DNA of 64,000 nt from Gammaproteobacteria bacterium (GTDB lineage: Bacteria > Pseudomonadota > Gammaproteobacteria > CBDBNL01 > JAAOII01), in assembly GCA_965209035.1 (NCBI GenBank), contig OZ242372.1, forward strand, positions 160,001-224,000. The letters are read 5' to 3'. The notes beneath the pieces are model-generated. The model did no database searches, had not been told where the DNA came from, and saw only the letters and a program-made list of their open reading frames with translations. Position 1 is the first letter of the stretch, and each line of letters starts with the position of its first letter. This document shows positions 30,951-39,900 of this stretch, piece after piece. The position numbers and the translations under genes are program-made.

Positions 30951-32594
30951 CTAAAAACGATATGCGAGAGCAAAACGCAGGTTTGAGAGGGAGAAGGTAG
31001 TCCGTTCCACTTCCGTATTCGCATCTTCTTCTTGGCCGATCGCCTCATCGGCAAGTTCCGTATCATTGATATATTCAAGGGCATCCAAAGATACCGACGC
31101 AGTTAACCCGAAGTTACTTCGGTATTGGTAATACAAACTTGTTCCCCGGGCAAAACCTACTCCTCCCAAAGCCCAGCCAACCCGATGCCGCAGTTGCTCG
31201 CCCACATTGCCCCCAATATGCAACGCGGGAGCACAGTCAAGAATGAAGTTATTGTTATCTTCCTCAGTAGCTGCCGCATAGAGTTCATAGCCGCGATAAT
31301 TCTTTTCATCAAAAAAAGAAACCCCACAAAAATAATTAAAATTAACAATCAGTTTGTCCGAGTAATAATCAAAACCAACGCTATAGATATCTTGTATCCT
31401 TTCCAAATATGCTTTACCGTCATTCTCATTGGCGACCCAGTTCAGATAATCAAGCGTTTGTGAATAAAACTGACTCGTCCCGGGGAAGAAAGATCTCCCA
31501 CCCGATTCCCTCTCCAATACATTATAATCATCCAAAGAAAAGATGCGCACCCATTCCAATTTAAGAGAATATCTCTTGATCGGAACCGAAAGTTCAAACC
31601 CGTATGCTTTCAGAGGGCTAAAAGTTGGCTCCGGTTCGGCGACAGGCAATCGTTCATCCGTATTAACATTCGCAGTACATCCCTCAATGGTTGCACTCAC
31701 CGCTCCGCCACGGCATACATAACCGCCGTCGCGACGCAACAGTTCAGACTGCGAGATAGGAAAACCATAACCCTCGTAATAGGTGAGACCGGCAATCAGC
31801 CGGGAACCCACATATAAAACACGCACCGCCTGCTGTGAAGAATCTTTCGGCGCGGCGAATCTTGCCGTTTGGTCTTCGTTGTGTTCGTTTGTATATTCAA
31901 CATTACCGCTAAATTCGCCCAGCAGTTGATCGGATAAAAGTTGCGGAAAATAATAATAATGAACCTCCAAACCGCCCGGTATAAAAAATTGAGCGGATGC
32001 AACATACTGCGGCAGGCGATTATCTACCTTGCTGTAACTGAGTGTTGTGCCGCTAAAGTCTATGGGCAGCACCAGATCTACGGGCGAAAAGAGATCAAAC
32101 TGACCGAACACCACCCGTTTGCGGCCCAGAGAAAACAGGGCATAATTCGCATCCAAGTCCACATAGCCTTCCAGTAGTTCCACATTGTCCGCTGTCACTG
32201 TGCGACTAAATGTGTTTCTTTCACGAGTATTGAGATTCTCGGATTCCAAACTAAACTTGACCGCGGAACGATAGGCGCGGCCTTCCATGGCAACCTTACC
32301 CCAACTCCAATCCTCGTCATAACGCAGCCTGGCTTGGGTACTCGCGCGTGTGTTATCCTCATTAAGGACACCGCTATAGGTCGCAAACAAAAGACCGCTA
32401 AAATGACGCTGCCAATAATCCGCTGTGCCGGGGCTGCCGGGACCGTCTGTATCCGTTGAAAGATCCGTGTCGTCCTCTTCTTCTATGATGACCGGAGGAT
32501 TCTCAATAACGGTTGCATTCTCAGCGGCAAGAGCTAAAACAGAGAACAGGCACAGTCCGCATAGTCCACAAAAGATGAGGCATTTTAGTTTCAC
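30951..32594 (-). CDS. Predicted outer-membrane beta-barrel protein, copy 2
   Basis: Paralog of 25037..26668; ends FALAYRF. Confidence 0.82.
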   Translation of the reverse strand: MKLKCLIFCGLCGLCLFSVLALAAENATVIENPPVIIEEEDDTDLSTDTDGPGSPGTADYWQRHFSGLLFATYSGVLNEDNTRASTQARLRYDEDWSWGKVAMEGRAYRSAVKFSLESENLNTRERNTFSRTVTADNVELLEGYVDLDANYALFSLGRKRVVFGQFDLFSPVDLVLPIDFSGTTLSYSKVDNRLPQYVASAQFFIPGGLEVHYYYFPQLLSDQLLGEFSGNVEYTNEHNEDQTARFAAPKDSSQQAVRVLYVGSRLIAGLTYYEGYGFPISQSELLRRDGGYVCRGGAVSATIEGCTANVNTDERLPVAEPEPTFSPLKAYGFELSVPIKRYSLKLEWVRIFSLDDYNVLERESGGRSFFPGTSQFYSQTLDYLNWVANENDGKAYLERIQDIYSVGFDYYSDKLIVNFNYFCGVSFFDEKNYRGYELYAAATEEDNNNFILDCAPALHIGGNVGEQLRHRVGWALGGVGFARGTSLYYQYRSNFGLTASVSLDALEYINDTELADEAIGQEEDANTEVERTTFSLSNLRFALAYRF

Positions 32595-32727
32595 GAACCG
32601 CCCGGATCGAGATTCGGCAGACCTATGAGGGTCGGCGTAAAAAATTTTTCATTAACAGACAAAAAGATCATCGGACGGATAAAGCATGACACGGGTCTCT
32701 TATTAGGTATTGGACGGCGGCGATGTC

Positions 32728-32891
32728 CTAAAAACGATATGCAAAAGAAAGACGCAGATTGGCGATGGATATGGAAGCCCGTTCCACGCGTCTGGTCGGA
32801 TCTTTTTGTTGCTCTTCCTCTTCCAAATCGGTGAAAACAAGGTAATCATTGAAATATTCAAGGACATCCAAAGAAACTGCCGTGGTTAACC
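32728..32891 (-). pseudogene. 3'-terminal fragment of a fourth, divergent beta-barrel allele
   Basis: LTTAVSLDVLEYFND...ANLRLSFAYRF aligns with the last ~53 aa of the barrels and keeps the taggacatcgccgccg flank; no 5' part. Confidence 0.8.
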
Positions 32892-33135
32892 TGCATAGTC
32901 TCATAAAGGTTCTGGACTCTGAGTTTGGCATTGTGCGTCATCAGATCAAGCAGCCGGAGGTTCTGTCGGACGGGTCGAAAATAGATCCGGCAACAGGTCT
33001 CCGGTATGTGGAGCTAGATGAATGAAACGGGCAAGAAAGACGGTGAGCTGTTTTGCTCTCACCGACGCAGACAGCGGCGGCTTGTTGTTGTCAAAACTTT
33101 GAAGTTGATGCTTTTGAATAAGAAAGGTGTTGCCA

Positions 33136-33512
33136 TGCAAGTACTAATTGCCGCGGAGCATTCTCCTCTCGATATGACAGCTCTTGGTCGGGAAACATTG
33201 GAGGAAAGTGGCATTAAAAAATATGTTGACGGCCGTTGGGAAGAATGGAGTCAGAAATTGCATGTACTCAACCTATCCAAAAAGCATACGAGGGACCTTT
33301 ACGAGATTTAAGAAGAAATTTTTTCTTTTGTGGAAGCAAACATTTCCGAGAAAGAAGATCTTGCGTCAATGATAGAATAAATCGGTTCCTTATCCAATCT
33401 GCGCTTTCTGGCGCGCCTGTATGCCCGCAACAAATTTTTTAAAGAAAACAATTGGATGATTAAAGAAATAGACAAATATAATCCATCAAAAAATAAACCC
33501 GCCAAGGAGTAA
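33136..33512 (+). pseudogene. Pseudogene of the C-terminal domain of the coiled-coil family at 1-1923
   Basis: SPLDMTALGRETLEESG..DLYEI*EEIFSFVEANIS..MIE*IGS..LARLYARNKFFKENNWMIKEIDKY aligns with SPLNMTDIGEAILESSG..LAGLYLRNQFFKENHWDINDIDKY. In-frame TAA at 33309 and 33378. Confidence 0.8.
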
Positions 33513-33526
33513 AGCATCCCGTTGCG

Positions 33527-33919
33527 CTACTTGAGCGGGAACTTATAATCAAAAAACAGGAACTCCGCTTCCAACTCGGCAAAAAAGGATTCCGCAGGGT
33601 GCACTTGATATTGTTTGAACAGGCGAAGACGATAGTCTTTTTCACCGTCCCGAATTTGTAAAAACAACGGCAATCCTGTATTACCGACGCGCTTGGTTAC
33701 CAGGTTCTGTAACTTCTTAACCGAAGAACTGTTTGCATATTGCGCCTCCGTGTGTAAGAAAATGCAATCGCAATTTGCTGTCCGTAAAGCCGCCAGACTG
33801 AACACAATCTCCACATCAAACCCAGTTCTCTCCGAATTGCGAAAACCGGACAGCTTTCCTTTTAGAGCAATCAGATTGCCTTCTTTGAGAATCCAATCAT
33901 CGGTCTTGGCATAGATGTC
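33527..33919 (-). pseudogene. C-terminal fragment resembling DNA polymerase III alpha subunit (end of OB-fold plus C-terminal domain)
   Basis: Open frame DIYAKTDDWILKEGNLIALKGKLS...RLRLFKQYQVHPAESFFAELE resembles the DnaE tail (e.g. [20 protein letters not shown]). An in-frame stop lies immediately upstream. Confidence 0.55.
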
Positions 33920-33972
33920 TTATTCCTTTCCATTCCATCCCGTCCCGGCTGTCTTGCCTGTCCGCTCTACCT

Positions 33973-36900
33973 CTACCTGCCTTGCGCCGAAAGACCACCC
34001 GGCATGCAGTTCAAAGCCGGGTATTGGGAACTCTCGCCCAGATCCCAGACGCGGACAAAGCCGATCGGTTGGGAAGTACTTTCCGTTTCCTCGCCGGTGT
34101 TTGGATTGCACCAGAAGTTGCCCCAGAGGGCATAGATCCCTGTGAAAGAAGCACCTTGTAGTTGAACCGTGCTTTGCCCATCACCACCGGCACTGGTTAA
34201 TTGCCCGGTGGTTTCAGTATCCCAATAGGAAGCATTGACAGTGATTTGCGCATCGGCAATGCCAATCAAGCCGCCGATATCACCACCGGAACCTAAAACA
34301 AACCCGGCGGCAACATAAGAATAATAAATTTGACCGTCTTGCCCGCCTCCAATACCAACCAGCCCACCAACTTCATCATCGCCGGCAACACTTCCGCCGA
34401 GCACATAAGCATAGCGAATGTCAGACCTATATCCATCCCCAACCAGTCCGCCAACGGTAACATTGCCGGAAACATCTACGCCGGATACATAAGCATAGCG
34501 AATATCAACCTCTCGCCCCTTCCCAACCAGCCCACCAACATTATCAAACTTCCCGGAAACATTTACACCGGACACATAAGCATAGCGAATATCAACCTCT
34601 CGCCCCTTCCCAACCAGTCCGCCAACGGTAACATTGCCGGAAACATCTCCGCCGGACACAGATGCATAGCGAATATCAGCCCTTGCTGCTTCTCCAACCA
34701 GTCCGCCGACATTGCCGGCAGACGGACTCATCACACTGCCACCGGTAACCGACAGATTCTCATAACCGGCATTCCTGCCATTGCCTACCAGTGTGCCCAC
34801 ATCATTGGCACCACCGCTGACACGCGCATTCCGGAGATGCAAATTTTGAAGACTACCATTGAACGCGCCAAATAATCCCACTCCGATCGCATCATGATGC
34901 GCAGAAACAAACAGATCGGCAATCGTGTGATCCCGGCCATCAAACACACCCGTATAAGCGGTGCAAACATTATTTGATGTACAGAAGCCAATCGGCACCC
35001 AGCCACTGCCATCACGATCCGTCCAGGTAGATTGCTTGCCGCTATTTTCCCCATTAGACCCATAAGATGCCGCCAGACTAAAATTCAACGAGCGAGTCAA
35101 TTCGTAACCCAAACAGCCGGAACTCGGACAACCCGCGGAACCCACGGCGGTAATCTCGTCAGTACGGTTATCATCCGCCCCATCGCCATTCAGATCATCG
35201 CGCAGGCGCGCCAAGTCATCCAGAGTGCGGATTTCTATCAAGCCATTATTGTCATCGTCCGGATCCTCATCGGCATCCCGACAGCCATCACCGTCATGGT
35301 CCGTCGTCCGATTGGATCTCCAACCCGTTTCGCCGCGCGGACAAGCATCCAATTGAGTTCCGTCGGTAGCAAGATCATTCACACCGTCATTGTCATCGTC
35401 CGTGGTCGTCGCCGAAATACGCACCGTGACACGCGCTGTCGCGGTCACTCGCGACGCTTGGAAGTCCTCAAATACCACATCAAACTCGACACTGCCACCG
35501 TCGCCCCTATTCAATTCGGTATAAAGTTCCGGACTCATTCGCAAATCCAACGGCAATTCCACACGCAACTCGTTCGTACCCGCAACCGGAGTGAAGGTAA
35601 TCCCGGTGGGATTCAAAGTTAAATGATGCGCAATATTTGTCGTGGAACGGCCATTGTTGAGTGTCAGCCGGTGGTTTCTCAACATGCGCACGGTCGGATG
35701 CGCGTTCGGCTCAAAACTCAGATCTGCATCATGCACAAACACCATCGCCGACCGGCGCACGGTCCCGGTTGCAGCCAACGCGGATGTGCCAAAATCCTCT
35801 TGCAAACGATAGGCCGCCCCCCGGCGCACACTGCCCGGCGCACAGGGCGCGCCGCCACCGGACGGACAAACAAGCAATCGATCGTTCTCGCTCCGCACCG
35901 AAAACATCTTCGCAATCACCGGCTGCGCGGCATAAGTGAAATTCCTATCCGTAAAACCGCGCGGCTCCGTTTCCGTCAACTCCAAATTAAAAGTTGCTAC
36001 TCCAAACGAATCCGGCTGATGCCTATAACCGCCTTGCGTCACAAGCACTTCGGCCGAACTGCCGTTTTGGGACAATGCCGTCGCCCGAGACGGCATGCCG
36101 ATAAAGATCCGCGGCGACGCAGGAACGAGCACCGCACGCGTCCCCGTCAGCAGCAACTGCTGCCGCACCGGCTCTAAAAAATCGGCATCCCGCACCACAA
36201 ACTGAAAGTTAAACAAACCCGCCAAATCGGGATGATTTTCATCAATTGCGGCCCGCCGATCGCTTCCGATAAAAACATTGCTCGCCGAACGGTTCGCAAC
36301 CAACAACAAAGGACCCGGAACCGCCGGCACCCGATTCGCCACCGGATTCACTCGTATCCGATAATACTCCACAACCGGTGCGTGCGGATACATCGCATCG
36401 CCATCAACGAACTCGCGCAGCGTGACCTGAATCACCGCCTCACCGTGCAGATTGCGCGCCATCTGAAACCCATGACCCGTCGAATTATGACGCACCTGAC
36501 CGGACCCCAAACTCACCCGGTGCACCGCATCGGCGGCAACACCCAAGCGAATCAACTCACTGCCGGTGGCAAAGCCACTTTGCAAGTTAAATTTCGGAAC
36601 ATCCGCCGCCGCACTCGCATTGGCAATCACCTCCAAGTGAATCTCTGTCCGCTGCGCACCGTCCGATGCATCCGCCGCATCCGGATTCACCACCGTGAAA
36701 CTTAAAATCTCACTCAGGTTGTTCACCGCCAACGCAAACTGATTCGCATCAACATCCGTCACCGTCTCGTTTGAAAGAAAAACATCTCCCAGCGACAACG
36801 ACGATACAAACGCCGGCTCATTCAGATTCGCCCTATTCACCCGCACATTCATCTGACCTAACGCACGCCGACTCGCATCGGTTCTATTCTCCCCCTCTCC

Positions 36901-39900
36901 CTCCCCAACGAACACTTCCACAAAATAACTCAACGTCTCCGCCGGCCGATTCAAACTCAACGACAAGGTGTCCAAAGCCGGGTAGACCGCACCCGCAATC
37001 ACCGCATCGGCACCCGCACTGACATTACGCACCGGATAAAACTTCGGCCGCAGCACCAGTGCCGTAACCGGCGCAGCATCCGCACCCACCCGATAACTCG
37101 CATTGAACTCCCACTCAAAGTAATCCTCAAAATACGCGCCCGCCACCGTCAGCCGACCCGCAGAATCCAAACGAGACACACGCACCGCCGATACATTTAC
37201 AGCCGGCCCGCTCAAACGAAAACCAACAGCACGACCATCGACCGCAACCAACGCTGCCCCATCGCCATCCATCAAGCCAGTCTGTTCGTCCGACCGCCGC
37301 GCCACCGCCGTCAAATCACCGGACGGACCCCGCAGCAATCGCGCCGGGTAACAACGACCATCCACCCGAACAGCCGGCACATCCGGCACCGCTGACACTT
37401 CCCCGCCGGCGCATGCCGCCCCGGCCAACTCCTTCTCATAGGCACTCTGCTCATACAACAGAGTATAGGCCGCCGGCCGCAACACGCGACCTTCGCGATC
37501 CGCAAACGCCAACGCTTCCGCAGCCGGCGGCGCCAACACTTCTACCCGCACCTGAGTCGTTACCGAATGTTCCGCAGCCGCCGCCACCGTATCCGACGGA
37601 TCCCGCAACAGAATAGGCAAGCCCAGCACATCCCCCAGAAAATTGCGCTCAATCAAACGTCCTTCGTCCAACCGTAAATCCACACCAACCCCGCCCACAC
37701 TCGGCACGAGCGCAAACAAACCAAACAATTCTTCGCGATGCAACCGCTCGCCAAACACCGACTCCTCAAAGGTCACCGGCCGAACCACTGCCTCCACATC
37801 TGCCAAACGTACATCCGTCCCCGGAAAAAACTCGTCATAATCCGGCTGCAAGGCCGCAACATCAAACATTCCCTCAAGCAAAATACCCAACCCCGGGCTT
37901 GCTATCGCGTCCAGTCCCAATTGTTCGCTGATCCGCACCACGCCCAAATCCGGAACAACCGGCCGATACACCACATCCTCCACCCGAATCGCAAACGAAA
38001 CCGACTCGGACGCCAAACCCGTCCCGTTCTCCCATACACGCACCGTCACCGTAAACAAACGACCATCACCGGCATTCTCCAAAGCCGCCGCATCCGCCAC
38101 ATTTAACCGATAGTAAAACGCATCCTCGCCGGCCGATGTAAACACCAAATCCAACGCATCACGCAAGGAAGCCGGCTCCGTCTCTAAACTCACTCTCGGC
38201 CGCGCCACCGACAAGCGGCTCTCCGGATCATCCAAATGCACATACAGACCTTCTATCAAACCCAAGCCGCGATCTTCCGGCAACAACAATTCGGACTGCA
38301 ATAGGACGCTCGCCGCCGCATCGCGCGTCACATTCACCGCAATCGCTTCGTTCATATTCGCAACCTCAACCGCTAAGTCCAATTCCGCAGACAAACGCAC
38401 GCTGCCAGCCAACGGAAGCATCTCACTGCCGGTTGCCAACGGCAGAACCCGATAGACGCCACCGTCCGTCCAACGCTGCGTCGCCGTCAGAGTCGCATCC
38501 GCTTCATAGTCCGGCGATACCGCCAACGAAACCGCATAGGGAGTTAGCCACTCACCGCTCACCGCATCGCGCGACGGCTCACCCAAAGATGCCAATACAA
38601 ACCCGCCATCACTGTCATTGGTTGCCACAAACACACTCTCCGCCGGCGGACGATTGTCATCGCGTAACATAAAAGTTGCCAGACGCGTCCCCGCCGCCGT
38701 GTTCTCCGGCAGGCGAGCTAACACCGCAGCGGTACCGGCGCCGACACTCGGCCGCACATCTACATCGCCTCCCGGCACCGAAGCCGCACGCAACGCCGTA
38801 ATGCGCGGCGCCGCATTTCGATCCGCAACCACAACTCGCACCAACGCATAGTCACTGTGCAAATACCCGGAATCTTCCGCCGCCTCACGCGCATCATCGG
38901 TCACACGCACCAAGAGGGTGTAAACAGACTGCACACCGAAATTTACCATCACACCTTCCCGCAGAGACAAGGCACCATTCGCCGCATTCAACTCAAACGC
39001 TTCCGCATCCGCCCGGCGGAAACGCTCGCCGCCAAACACCGCATTTAATGCCGCCGCCCGCGCCGCATCCGTCCGACCGATGAAGCCGATGAACTCTCGC
39101 AACTCCGCCGCCGCCATCAAGTCATATACCAAAGTATTCCCCGCCGCCACGGAAGCCGCCGACTGGGTTGTCCATGCCGACAACAACAGAGGCGCCGGCG
39201 GCGATACCGGCCGCAAGGTCGTCTCATCCGCCGCAAGCACCGCAACACCGACGGCATCCCCCTCCGCCACCGAACCCAACAACAGACCCCGTTCAAAAGA
39301 TGCCGGCAGCTCGCCCAAATCAAAAGCATCATCCGCTGTTGTCACTTCCGCAGCCACCCGCGTCTGCACCGTCACATTCGCCGCCGCCTGCGGACTACCC
39401 TCACGATAAGCCGTCACCCGAATACCAAAATCATACGGCAAGTCCGACAGACCCGGCATGCCCGGAACATACGCCGACAGCACGCGCAAATCCAAACCGC
39501 CCAAACGCAACTCCGAACCCGATACCTCAAACTGACGGCCAATCCGCGCCGCCAAACCGGACGCCACCGACGACGACAAGGCACTTGTCACAGCCGGATG
39601 CAAGATCACTCCCCCATACCGAAAGGTAATCTCCGTCCCACGACCGCTCTCCGGATCCAAACCCGTTAAACGACCCAACACAGGACCGCCATTGGCAACA
39701 AACTGTGCAAAACTCGGCAACAGAACCTGTGTCTCCGCCAAACCATCGCCCGCAGGCAACCGTTCCGAAACATTTCCACCCGAACTGCGCATATACGCAA
39801 GATTCGTCGGGGCATAAGCCAAATCCCGCACTTCCAAATCCAATGTCTGCCGCGTCTCCAACGCAGATGTACTATTATCCCGCACACTCAATGTAATCCG

